Shown in pieces: positions 49,935 through 62,339 of a stretch of DNA of 64,000 bases (positions are counted from its first letter, which is position 1; every line of letters begins with the position of its first letter). The stretch lies in NCBI GenBank assembly GCA_001600815.1, contig BCKZ01000029.1, positions 1 to 64,000 of the forward strand. Reading direction: 5' to 3'. The notes under the pieces are model-generated. The model saw nothing but the letters and a program-made list of their open reading frames with translations, was not told the origin of the DNA and made no database searches. The stretch is from Alloascoidea hylecoeti. Its lineage: Eukaryota. The translations under genes were made by a program, and so were the position numbers.

Positions 49935-50635
49935 TGCCACTGTGTCGTTTATATTTGAATGAAGATTTTTAATTAATCAATCAATTAACTTATAGTTAGT
50001 GAAATCTTAATTATTTATAAGTTTAAATATTAGGTTTCACTTGAAATATATATGAGATTATTTATTGTAATTGATAAGCGCGTTTTTTTATTTATCATAA
50101 TATGCAAACCCTCTCCTCGTGTTATCAAATAATGCCTTATAATTGTAAATGGTAACTTTTGGCGATCACCATGTTGAAAAACTGAACTTCCAAACGAGAT
50201 AAGCTTCAACGTATTACAAAACAGAACTTAACTCCTACTTGTTTGAAATAGATATTTCATTATTGGTTAACAGAGTGCTCTAATATTATAATTATGACTA
50301 GCTTCTTCTCATGACTCATGAGCGCTTACCTAAAGCTAACAATTTATACCAAATTTAGATTTAATTGTTTAAATATTAATCGATAAAAGAATATAATGTG
50401 AAAAATAAAACATATTTTATAGATATTCAAATTATCACAGCAAATTTCTATATCATTATATATTCTATTAAAAGTATACATCAATTCATAATTATAATGA
50501 TCAATAAAAAAAAAAAAAAAAGTAGTTTGATAGATATTGACAAGTAAATATTATATATATTTTGGAGATTTTTCAAGTATTGATCAGGCCAATTGTAAGT
50601 AAATAATTATTGGTTAGCTAGATATTAAGTGATAT

Positions 50636-51649
50636 TTAAACCCGACGAGATCTACTTGTTGGAACTGGGCTACCATCAGAAACACCTGTTGTTTTAGCTG
50701 TTGAGATATTTTCTGTTACTTTTTGATTTTTGGTAACCTTCTTTTGACTTCTTTTGTTATAAACACGAATGTAAAAACTAATGAATAAAACCAAATAAGA
50801 GGATAATATAGTACAACCCCAAATAGCAGCATATTCTTCACCATAACAAGTACCCCAATGTTTTAACCAAGGTAAACCATACAAAACATCAAATTTATTT
50901 GCGAAATAGGTATAAGAAGCAAAATGAACGAATCCCAAGTCAATAACAAATTGAATGATTTGAAATTTCGTAACCCATTCTTTCCACCATACTCTAATTC
51001 CTCTTGCTGATAAGAAGTAGTAGAAATACATAACAACATGAACTGCCAAGTTTAAAGTGATTGGAACCCAAGAAACTGAGGTATGACCCATTAATTGGGA
51101 GAAACATAACAGAGCAGTAGCACCATGATGATAGGTATGTAAGAAAGTTAAAGGTTTTTGTTTCAATACCAAAAAAACAGTATCTAACAACTCGATGTAT
51201 TTTGTAATATAATTTAGATAATACAAAGTGATTAGTTCCTGGGTCCAAGCTCCTTTATCACAAATACCATAAAAGATGCCATTTTTCACAACGATTGGAA
51301 TCAACTGTTCAACGGAAAGCGTTAACAAGGTGAAAGAAACGGTCGTCAATAAAGCATTATGAACTTGAAATAGAGCATTCAATTTCACTGGAGGGACACC
51401 TAAAACGCTAATAAGTTTTCTACCACCAAAAATCACCACGTAATATAAAGCGATTATTGAAAAAGCCTGTTCCGAAGATGCAAGAACCGTTTGGCCCCGA
51501 ACAAACGCAAACTCTTCGGCTGGATAACCAGAAATCAACTCGAAGAAATGGGTGAAGACGGACCATAAGTAGACACCGAAGGGACGGTCGAGGGAAACCG
51601 GGTTTACCTCGACCCAAGCCGGAACAACTTCCAGCAAACCACCAGACAT
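50636..51649 (-). CDS. Very-long-chain fatty acid elongase (ELO2/ELO3 family; likely ATG at 51649)
   Basis: KYIELLDT, FLHTYHHGATALLC, HVVMYFYY, RVWWKEWVT.FQIIQF. Confidence 0.95.
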   Translation of the reverse strand: MSGGLLEVVPAWVEVNPVSLDRPFGVYLWSVFTHFFELISGYPAEEFAFVRGQTVLASSEQAFSIIALYYVVIFGGRKLISVLGVPPVKLNALFQVHNALLTTVSFTLLTLSVEQLIPIVVKNGIFYGICDKGAWTQELITLYYLNYITKYIELLDTVFLVLKQKPLTFLHTYHHGATALLCFSQLMGHTSVSWVPITLNLAVHVVMYFYYFLSARGIRVWWKEWVTKFQIIQFVIDLGFVHFASYTYFANKFDVLYGLPWLKHWGTCYGEEYAAIWGCTILSSYLVLFISFYIRVYNKRSQKKVTKNQKVTENISTAKTTGVSDGSPVPTSRSRRV

Positions 51650-52360
51650 GATAAACGATGAAAATAAAATAACGATTATAACAAAGAATAGGAATACCCG
51701 AGAAGAAAAGTGGCCGAAATACTGGCTGACAAAAATCAAAATTAAGAGGACGTTAGTAGTAGAGCTTGGATCTGTTAATTACAAAGAACTTTGAAGGAAG
51801 AAGTGAAGAAAAGTGAGAAATGTTGGAGAATTGCATTCCGCTTCCGGGTGAGACCAGGTCTCATTCCCACTCGGCTTATAACGGCCTCATTTTATATATG
51901 CTTTTAACGCTGAGCGACCTATGCTACATCGGGTCACTTTTATAGCAAGTTGACAGACATAACCGAAAAAAAATATAATAATCAACAGAATTTAACATTG
52001 AAATTGAAAATCTGGCAATGGAAAAATATAAACTGATATGAAAAATGTTAAGCTATAAATATATATTTATAATTATGATCTTGAACTTGTGTAACTAAAT
52101 GCTTCTTTTTCCAGCCACAAAACATTTCAATTGCAATATCAGCGAAAAATTAAGAACAAATAAAAAAAAAAAATTAACAATAAATAAGAGAGCTGAAATA
52201 AAGAACTAAACAAATATTTAACATTTTAACATGTAAAAAACAATTAATATTAATGAGAATCCATAATTAATATGTATAAAAAATTATATATAAATTTTAA
52301 ATTTAAAGGAATATTAATGGTAAAAAAAATGATAATGATAATGAATGATGAATGCAAAGA

Positions 52361-54844
52361 TTAATTTTCATGTTTTAGTTTTGTAACATTACTTTTACTC
52401 CAAAAATCTAATGAAGCAATAACATCATAACCATTTTCATCTTCATAAGCATATAAAATTTCTTGAGAATTTGAATGTAATAATCTAATATTATCACCCA
52501 TTATAACTCTTACTAATTCACCAGTTTCGACATCTCTAATTTCAACAAAATATGGTTCAAAACCAAGTAAATATGGATACCATAATGCAAATGATTGTGG
52601 TATACCTTCCCAAGTAATTAACCATTGACCTCTTGATTTCCAACCATTTCTATTAACAAAAAATGAAAAATCACTATAATTTAATAAGAAATCATTTGAA
52701 ACTCTATAAATTGCAATTGGTTTTAAACCTTCACGACGAGTAACAAAATCTAAAGAAGTGTCAGCAGGATCTAATAATGATTCCGTTTCACTAGTTTCAA
52801 TATTAACAATTTCAAAACCTTTTGTACAACCAACACATAATTTTGTTTTTAAAAAAGATATTGAAACAGGTTCAGAAGTAAAATCAAATTCTTTTGCTTT
52901 TGTTTCTGATTTAAATTTTTTTTTATTAAATTTTTTATTATTAATTGGATCATTTGGTTCAAAAACTTCAACAATATGACCTGAAGAATTTTTTGCAGCA
53001 CATACTAACATTTTACCACCACATACACCAACTTTAAAAAATGAAACATGAGACATTAATTCTTTTGCTTTTTTTGAATTTGATATTGGCTCATGAGAAT
53101 CTAAAATTTCTAATGGCCATGAACATAATTTTTTATCAGATAATGCTAATAAAGTTGAATATTCTTCTAAAACTTCTAATTGTGTAACATTTATTCTCGC
53201 AATAACTTTCATTGGATTTGAAACAATTCTACCATTATTACTTGTTCTTCTAACAATTGAAATAAATATTCCAGAATCTGTACCATATAATAATTTTCTA
53301 CCACCATCACATGGTACAACACAATTAATTCTATTTGAACTATCAAAACATTTTTGATTTAAAGGAGTTAATGTAAAAATATCATATTTATCTCTTAATG
53401 CTTTACGCTGAGTTTCAATTCTTTCAACTAAAGTTTTTTGAATTTGTTGTTTTGGTGCATATAAAGTAATTTCATATTCTCTTCTACCAATATATGAAAA
53501 AGATATTGGGAATTTCCCTGATGCAGCAGCAGCAGCAGCATTTGCACTTAAAGAAGCAGTTGAATCAGCTCTTGATGGTAAAGGATTTAACATTGTTGAA
53601 GTAGCTGCTTTTTTAACTAAAGATTTTGAAGGTAAATCTTCAGATTGATTAAAACAAAGTAATTCTAAAGGAATTGGTCTTTGATAAACTTTATATCTTT
53701 CAACTTTATTAACCATTTTAATTCTTGCTAATAATAAAGCATGATCAAATAAATAAACTTGTATATCATCTTGATTTTTTCTTTTTAAAACTCCATGAAA
53801 TAAAATTTTTCTATTTTCAGCGTCTAATTTTAAATTAATATATTCACCAGGTCTAAACATTAATCTTTGATTTAATAATAATAAATTTAATCTATCAGAA
53901 GCATTACCAGTTTGAATATTAATTCTTGTTAATAATTGTTGTAACAATGAAATACTTTTTTGTAAATTCTTATAATCTGGATGATCAGGTGAAGTTTTTT
54001 CTCTAATTGCTTTTAATAATAATGGATAACGAGCAGGTCTTGTTGTTGGTTTTGATAAAAATGAACTTAAATCCAATTTTCTTGATTCTTTTAATCTTTC
54101 AGTTTCTTCAACAAATCTTGCAAATTGTGGATTTGTTTGTTTTTGTCTTTCAAATTCATATTTTCCAAAAACTTGTCCTGCACCATATCTAACAAATGGT
54201 TCAAAATATCCAATATGTTCTAAAAAAATATCACCAATTTGATCAACAATATGAGCTTTTTTTTGTCTTCTTGTTAAATCATCTGCTAATCTTGAATTAA
54301 CAGCTAAAATATCTAAAACTCCTGCAAAAACAGTTCGAACGAATTTTTCACGTTCTCTTAAAGGTAAAATATCAGAATCTCTTAAAGGTCTAATCCAAAA
54401 ATCTCTAATATATTCTAAATCTTTAACAAAATCACGTTCAGTATAAATAGTTTCAAATATACATTCTTGCCTTTTTAATTCTTTTTTATCAACATTTTCA
54501 ACAATATCTTTTGGAACGGTATAAGACCATAAATGCTTCTTTTCTTGATCTTGATTACCAGTTAATGAAGCTTTACTTTCAGCTCTTCTTAAACCACCAC
54601 CAGGTTTTAAATTTAATCTTGCCTGTTGTTCTAATCTTCTTGGACATGCAATTGAATAACATAAATTATCACGGGAACAAGTTGCTGAATAACACTCAGT
54701 TAATAATGTAAAAACACCATTAACAACAACAGTTCCATTTCCATTTCCTTTTAAATTGTCAGTTGATTTATCATTTGTAAGTGTATTTGAAGTTGAAGCA
54801 CCAACTGAAGTTGTAGTTGAAGCGGATGTTCTTCTTTCATTGTT

Positions 54845-54880
<36 letters not shown>

Positions 54881-56041
54881 ATTATTATTATTACTATTAG
54901 CATTAGTATTATTGTTACCATTTTCCAAATTACCAGATAATAAATTTTGATTAAATTGATATAATTCATTTGTAGAATCTCTCAAACGATGTTCATAGGC
55001 AACATCATGGAAGAATTTTTGGGCATCTAAAGCTCTACCTAACAATAGAGCTAAATTTCGATCGGTTGTTCTAATTATATATGCGATAAGATCAACTGCT
55101 TCAGAACCAGTAAAAGCTTCTCTATATTCTAAGCCATTTTTGGTTCTTTCACCGAGTACAATTCTTGATTTAAAAACCGAGGCGACACGTGATAGTAGGG
55201 CAGGGTAGACTGAGGGTCGCCTATTTGAGGCAGTCAATATTGTTGTCCTGTCAACAGAAACAAGGGAAGTTCCCGACGCATGGCGCTGTTGCTTGGAAGA
55301 GGCGGATTTTTGACGGTTTACGACCTTTTGCTGTGGGATGGGTTGTTGTCTTTGAGCCTGGGGTTGTGGGGGGAATGGTTCCATCTTCTTCTGAGGGATG
55401 ACCCGTCCAGAAGGAGTCGTTTGGGGACGGGGCTGTAACGAAGACATTGTTAAAGACATTGTTCGATTTTCGTTCGCCTGACTTTGGGAGTGATTCTGCA
55501 TCTGCGAAGGGAAATACATTGAATGGTGGCCAGTGACGGTGCGATTTGGATTTGGCATAGGGGCGGAGAGGGCATTCTGGTTCCCCATGGCGTGGGCGAC
55601 GTAGGCCTGGTGGCCCGGGAGGGTGTGGTTTGGGTTTTGGTGATTTGGGTGCCGCGACGACTGGGGCTGGGTCTGAGGGGTCGTAGCAGAGACCTGGGGC
55701 GGGAACTGGGCGAAAGCCGGGTCGAAGGAGGGCCGGGAATCCATCCGAGGGTCCATCCGAGGGTCCTGCCGGGGGTCCTGCTGGGGGTCCATTGTTGGGT
55801 ACGCTGTCTGGGCACCAGCCGGGTCGCCAGCACCGCCAACCGCACCAGCCGCCGGAGGAGCAGTTAGGGGGGACGGAAGGGTGGGCCTCCGCGTGCCGAA
55901 TATGTCGGAGAACAGTGCCTCCCGCTGCGCAGTCGCCTGGCTTCTGGAGGGGGGACGGACAGGTCCCCGTGTGCCCCCACGGTTGGTCGGTCTCGCGTTC
56001 ACGTTCACGTTCACGTTCACTCTTGGGTCCTGGTCCGTCAT
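52361..56041 (-). CDS. ROM2: Rho1 GEF Rom1/Rom2 (DEP, DH, PH, CNH domains; first ATG at 56041)
   Basis: VYPALLSRVA, DRNLALLLGRALDAQKFFHDV, GVFTLLTECYS.TCSRD.LCYSIACPRRLEQQARL, FLSKPTTRPARYPLLL, SLLDPADTSLDFV. Confidence 0.95.
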
Positions 56042-56163
56042 AAGTGTCGCTGGAAATGGAGCTGCAAACGAAAATACTGTACTTGTTGGGTGCACGGGAG
56101 TTTACTATCTGCTTCTTCCTTCAAGTCCGCCCAAACCTCCTTTAACCATAATCCTGTCAATCC

Positions 56164-56754
56164 ATGCCGGTACGTCCTCGCCACCGTGAGTTTCTTGCAA
56201 TTGCAGTGCCCGCTAACTTTTCATAGGCTTACCACTCTACCTTCCTGGCTGACACAAACCCACAGGCAATTGGCAACTTTGCCCTGCTACCACTCAGAAC
56301 TAAAATCAGAGGTCCCGCCCTCCCAACCACCGATTACGATATCCTCGATGAAGTTTTAGATCTATTCCGTGCAAACTCTTTCTTTCGGAATTTCGAAATA
56401 AAAGGTCCTGCCGATAGATCTTTAATCTATGGTATTTTATTTGTTTCTGATTGTCTTTCTAAATTGTCAATTCAAAATCCAAAACCTTCTCTTAATTCTG
56501 CGAGAAGAGTATTGAACACCCTGGCTTTAGATTCTTTTTCAATACCTGGTGATCCTTCATTTCCTTTAAATTCTTTATATGCTCCCCCTACTAATAGAAA
56601 TGAAGCTGATGCTTTGAAAGCTTATTTAAGTCAATTTAGACAAGAATTGGCCGAAAGGTTACTAGGTAGAATATTTGCTGAATCAACTAATATTCCAAGT
56701 AAATATTGGTTAGCTTTTACAAGAAGAAGATTTATGAATAAAAGTCTTTCATAG
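56164..56754 (+). CDS. ARC18: Arp2/3 complex subunit ARPC3; exon 1 56164-56169 (MP), intron 56170-56226, exon 2 56227-56754
   Basis: ATG CCG|GTACGT..GCTAAC..TAG|GCT TAC CAC gives MPAYHSTF..GNFALLPL..FRANSFFRNFEIKGPADR..SKYWLAFTRRRFMNKSL. Confidence 0.96.
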
Positions 56755-57149
56755 TTATTACTATTATATTATATAGGAATATAATATTATTTTCTTCACA
56801 ATCTATGATAAAAAATTTAGAGTTTTTCTTAATATAGGTAAGAATAATTGTAAGCCTTGTTGTAATACTACAACTCAAACAATTAATTTAATTCACTTAT
56901 TTTTAATCAACCATTGATCTAGACATGATTATATGTATATCTAGCAATAGCTCTAAATAGCAAATATGTGTGAAGCTTAATAAAAGATTCATTAACTGAA
57001 AAGGAAAAATTAGTACCAGTGCTATCATGGGATTGCAAAAGTTCTGTTGTTATTATGAGCGAATTGGTTCACTCACAGATGGCGATTTAAATCTACATTT
57101 TTCATATATTTCATAACTGTGAAGGAACAATTACTGGTAAAATAATTTT

Positions 57150-58060
57150 AATTAGAAATATATTGATCAAAGAGCAAATTTAGATTCTACTTAATTTCGG
57201 CTACCTTTCAATCACGTTGACATATCCTCTTTTAATTGCTGACACTGTCTGTTTCCTTCTTTTGTTTAAGACGGGAAATAGTTTGGGTCTTCTTGTCGCT
57301 TTAACGACAAGTTTTCTTACAACCAGTACTTGTATTGTTTTGACTGATTGCTGCTAACAGAGGCGATCTCCTTTCTTAAGCTTTTTTGTTTCCTTTAATT
57401 TTGCAATTGCATTTCAACGCATTTCTTTCACTCTATCTTCTGTAATACAAGGAACAGTTGTAACGGTTGCCGTTACATCAGTTAAGTACCTTGCCAAAAG
57501 CTTTTTTTTTTTTTGTCAGGAAATCTATCACTAACTTGTATTTAAACCGGTAAGCTCTTCAAGTTGGTTTAGTTACCTTATTTTATTTTTCCGTTCATCT
57601 GTGGCTTGATCAGACATTATTATTCATGTCTTTTTATAAAGGATCTGGCCCCTTGATTACTCATATAATGCCCATTTGTCGTTACTGATATCTGTTTAGA
57701 AACGTAAAGTTGAATTAGCTAACGGCTGGATGTATTCTTCAAAAATCATAAATAATAGTGATATGCTATAATCTACACTGTCACATTTAGACATGATGTA
57801 ATAAATATCTCATCTTCCTATAAAACCGAAAGCTTTTATGGTTTTTTATTGAACTTTTCGATTGTATGAGTTCCATTAAACCCACCTATTTTGGAATCTT
57901 GTTAGGGAAACTAAGGGGATAGCTTAGGGTTCAATGGCGTGTAACCCATAGCGCTATGTATTCTCAAGCGTGGATTGTCCTTTCCCAGCTTTTGAATTAG
58001 AGTTCTTTTTGACAGGATAAAAAATCAATGTCCCATTTTTTAGAGGTTTATTTTCCCCCA
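57150..58060 (-). mobile_element. Possible decayed retroviral-type integrase relic
   Basis: KRTLIQKLGK..LRIHSAMGYTP (about 57935-58000) resembles the end of an integrase core; stop-interrupted coding-like sequence continues downstream. Confidence 0.35.
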
Positions 58061-58441
58061 CCAATATACATAAATACTATCATCATAGTATAGAGCTTTT
58101 GTTGCTACTTAATACTTATCATACAACATTATACAAGACGAAATTAACTCGAAAGACTATTACTTGATTAATAATTAAGGCTATATACAGAACGATAATA
58201 TTAAAAAAAAAAAAACGTCACACAATCGCATATATACTATTTTTTTAAATATATTTTTTTTTAAAAAAAAAAAGTAGAACTTTTTAGTCATTATTCATAC
58301 CTCTTCATCATTAATTATGATTTTAATTTGTGTATGTGTTTAAAATTTTCAAAATAATCACTCCCAATTTTAATTTTTCATCAACATTTTTTCACATATT
58401 TAGTTTAGTTTAATTGTTTTGATAATAAATGATTTAAAAAA

Positions 58442-58551
58442 TTAATGATCTGGTGGTCTACTTTTAAATTCTGATTCTAATCGTGTTGATTTATGATTAT
58501 TATTATCATAATTTGGTAAATCTAAAGAATATAATTGTTCTTTATTATTAC

Positions 58552-58587
<36 letters not shown>

Positions 58588-59878
58588 AAATAGATTTATC
58601 ATTTAAATCATCATCATTAACATCATCATCATCATCATCATCATCATTATCAGTTAATTTATTATTATTATTATGTTGTTGTTGTTTTAAATTTTTGCCA
58701 CGAGCTTTTTCTAATGTTCGTCTCCAATCTCTTCTTCTTTTTGCTTCAATTTTTTCTTTTTTATCATACCATTTTATCATATTTATTGGTGGTGTTTTAA
58801 AAATCGATTGATATTCACAAAATTCACAAATCCAAAATTCACCTGTATTTTTAATTCTACCCCATTTTTTTTTAGTTTTCTTTTTTGATTTTGATTTTGA
58901 TTTTGATTTTGATTTTAATTTTGATCTTGATTTTTGATTATTATTGTTATTATTATGAGTATTTTGATTTGTATTTAAATTTGAATATGAATTTGTATTT
59001 CTTGAATCTATATTTGATTTCTCATTAATATAAAAATCATTATCAACAGTAGTCGTTAAAAAATCATTTGAATTTATATCATGATAACCATCATTCATTT
59101 TATACCTTCCTTCATCAATATTAAAAATTGATCCTGAATAAGTCCCATTAGGTCTTAAATAAACAGCAAGATTTGTACCATTATAACCATCATTTTTATT
59201 ATCATTATTATTATTTAAATTTAAACTGAAAGTAGTTGGGCATTTAAATGTAAAATCAATAGAAGGTGGAGAAGGATATAAAGGATTTATATCAAAACAA
59301 GAAGAATAAATTGATTTTTTTGATTGTTGACGAGTATAATAATAACGAGAATGACCATAATTTAATGATGAATGATGATTTATTGGACTAAAAGGATATT
59401 GATATTGGTATTGATATGATGATCCATAAGTTTCATCAGATTCTTGTTCTTGATCTTTTTCATCATAATAACCTAAAAGTTCAGTACGTTCATGACGACC
59501 ATCAATATCATCATCATCAAGATTTATATCTTCAACAACTGCTGATAAATATTTTCGTTTTTTTTTATTTATTATAGTTGGTTTTTTATTAATTTGTTCA
59601 TTATTATCTGAGAAATTTACTTCTGCATAAAATTCCAATAATCTTGGATCATTTTCTGTTAATTTATCTTTTTCATTACCATTATTATTTTCATTATTAT
59701 TATTATTGTTTTTTGAAATAGATTCATCTTTATTTGAATTGTTTGGGACTAATAATTTATTACAAGGTTCAAAAGTTTGTTCAATAAGGTGACCATATTT
59801 CTTACGTAGTTTATTTGGTATTAATATTTTTTGATTTCGAAGATTGACATAAGTTGTTACTTGTGTTTTGACGGCCAT
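58442..59878 (-). CDS. Asn-rich protein with an Ibd2-like Cys motif (first ATG at 59878)
   Basis: FWICEFCEYQSIFKTPPINMIKWYD followed by a basic helix; otherwise low complexity. Confidence 0.65.
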
Positions 59879-60546
59879 GACGCCTCGAGGGGCGGCTAAT
59901 GCTGAGTTGAGAAAGCTCAAAAAATGCCCAAAAATACCAGGGTTTGGAGATAGAAAAAAACTAGAAGGTGGAAACTAGAAGGTGGAAACGTAAACGTAAT
60001 AAATTATAACCGAAAACCTAATGAGTGACGTTAGTAAATATAAATCCCAGAAAACGGCAAATGGAGATGGAAATGGAAATGGAACAGAAAACATTCAAAG
60101 AAAACAAAAGACGAAAAACAGACATCCGAAATGAGAAATAGAAATGAGCGAGGTTCTTATAAGCCGAGGGAGATCATAACACCAGTACTAATGGTACTAA
60201 ACATGTAAATGTGCTTATCATCACCCACCCTATTCTCGTTATGTACTGCTGGTGTTTTTACAAAACAGCCACAAATGTTCATTTCCAGTGATATTTATCA
60301 AAGCTTACTCTTTTGAAGTCCTTCTTAAAAGACTTTTCTTCAGATCGGAAGTACTAATTATATTTAAATTTGCTTCCATGTTTTTTGAGGAGTTTTTAAC
60401 ATGTTTACCCGGCACACTCCTACCTATGCTATCATATAAGATTAAGATATAAATAATAATATATTTCAATTTAAATGTTTCTTTGTATATTTAAACACTA
60501 TTATTATTATTAATTATATAAAAATTATTATTAATTATATAAATTA

Positions 60547-61482
60547 TTAATATAAATTATCATCATATCCTTTATCTTCATCAAGTAATTGACTTGTTTC
60601 CCAATTGGTTTCTTTATTTCCAACACTAAATTCAAGATCTTCTTTTGTAATCATATCCCAATATTTATAAATCATCATCGTTGTACAAAAATTACAAAAT
60701 GTTGCTAAGAATAATCCATCAATATAATGATTTGCCTTTTCACAAATAATTTTGGAAACAGCATATAATAAAACTTGTCCAACAATAAAGAAAAAACTAC
60801 CCATTAAAAGACAACCAACTGCCCATAAATCATGTAATCTAAATATTGCGAGACAAATTTGTGATATAACATAACCTAATAATAATATCCCATTAACAAT
60901 ATAAAGAATTATAAATAATCCTAATGTATTTGTACTGTCTAATGAATCTCCACCCCAATTTTTAACAGTTACAAGTGATATTGCAAAAGTAACAATAAAA
61001 AAAAATAGTGATGAAATTCTTAATATCCATAATGATAATGAAGTACCATCTTCATAAATTTTAAACATAATTAAACCGTTTAAAAATAAACACCAACAAA
61101 CTGCTGAACTTAAGCCATTTTGAACTGATACAAAATATGGATAAGAGGCTGTTTCAACTGGTATAACTCCTGAATCAACAACCAATGATATACCTGTTAA
61201 ACCAATATACATATAAAAAAATGCCATAATTTCTTTCCTACCAATAGCTGTATATTTCGATCTAATTGATAAAAGAATAATAATTGTAATGGCAATTCCT
61301 AAAATATGAACTAAAGCCGATGCACATTGAAAGATGGTTGTATTTGCAATTTCTATACTTCTGGCATAACATTGAGTCAAAGTTCCATGTCTTAAAATAG
61401 CTGATGAACCATTTGAGCCAACCAAGGGACATAGTGCAACAGGAGATCTTTCACATATAAAATCAAAATCACCGAAACCCAT
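60547..61482 (-). CDS. CHS7: Chitin synthase III export chaperone
   Basis: MGFGDFDFIC..LCPLVG, CYARSIEIANTTIFQ, IRSKYTAIGRKE, MMIYKYWDMITKEDLEFSV. Confidence 0.97.
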   Translation of the reverse strand: MGFGDFDFICERSPVALCPLVGSNGSSAILRHGTLTQCYARSIEIANTTIFQCASALVHILGIAITIIILLSIRSKYTAIGRKEIMAFFYMYIGLTGISLVVDSGVIPVETASYPYFVSVQNGLSSAVCWCLFLNGLIMFKIYEDGTSLSLWILRISSLFFFIVTFAISLVTVKNWGGDSLDSTNTLGLFIILYIVNGILLLGYVISQICLAIFRLHDLWAVGCLLMGSFFFIVGQVLLYAVSKIICEKANHYIDGLFLATFCNFCTTMMIYKYWDMITKEDLEFSVGNKETNWETSQLLDEDKGYDDNLY

Positions 61483-61857
61483 AGTTTATTATCGATATTT
61501 TAAATATAATGTTTTTTTTTGTATGTTTTTGTGTCTGTGTAATAACCACGTATTATAATCTTTAGGTAATAATAACAGAGAATTAAATGGACTTATTTAA
61601 GATTGTATATAATGGCTTGAAGAAAAGAGTAATAAAAAGGAAGAATATGTGTCCTCAATATAACACTAAATGTCGCTGTTTTTTTTTATTGTAAACAGGA
61701 GTGTCTTTTCCACAAAATTATATATAGAATCAGGCGACAAAATTACCCGACGTTGTTTCATTTATAGTTGAACTACGACTATTTTTTTCTAGGTTTATCA
61801 AACTAAAGATTCCTATTTATAAATTTAAACCTCCTTTTGTTTTTTTGTCTTATATGT

Positions 61858-62250
61858 TATTCTTATATTTCTCTAAAATCATTCTTGTAATAAAGAAATA
61901 TGAGAATATAATTTGTGTTCAATAGCAACTCCTGTAGCGGTTGTTCATCTACATAGATCTGAGGTTCATTTTCACCAGAAACTTTATTTAAAAAGTTGAG
62001 ACAAAAAATTCTGCTAACATTTATTTAGTATCGTAAAGAACGTAAAAACACTTCTTCATGATTCGTCTAACTGACGTCTCTAAGTTGGCAGTTATATTTT
62101 GGTTGAATGGCTCAAAACAACCTACTCATAACCTCGTATTACACTATGGTTAACATGTGTTTAGATACGAAATTCTCTAGATCTAATGTTTAGTTAATGC
62201 TACAGGTTTCAACTCCAAATTCTACAATTCAAAAACACAATTATTGAAAA
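61858..62250. ncRNA. Candidate structured non-coding RNA (class and strand unresolved)
   Basis: Long-range stems 61931-61938/62199-62206 and 61951-61963/62175-62189 enclosing several hairpins; no ORF. Confidence 0.4.
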
Positions 62251-62339
62251 ATTCAAGATCTGATAATGATATATTAGATCTACCCCATAATTTAAAAAAA
62301 TAAATATCCCTTCCAATTCCAATTCCAATTCCTATAAAA

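Noticed and set aside
55189..56359. Several overlapping ORFs in the GC island; HGT or foreign insertion
   Set aside because: Shadow ORFs caused by stop-codon scarcity at high GC; the ROM2 and ARC18 frames run continuously through the transitions.
60180..60420. Cluster of small hairpins upstream of the IBD2-like gene
   Set aside because: Only local short stems, no long-range closure; consistent with background palindrome richness.
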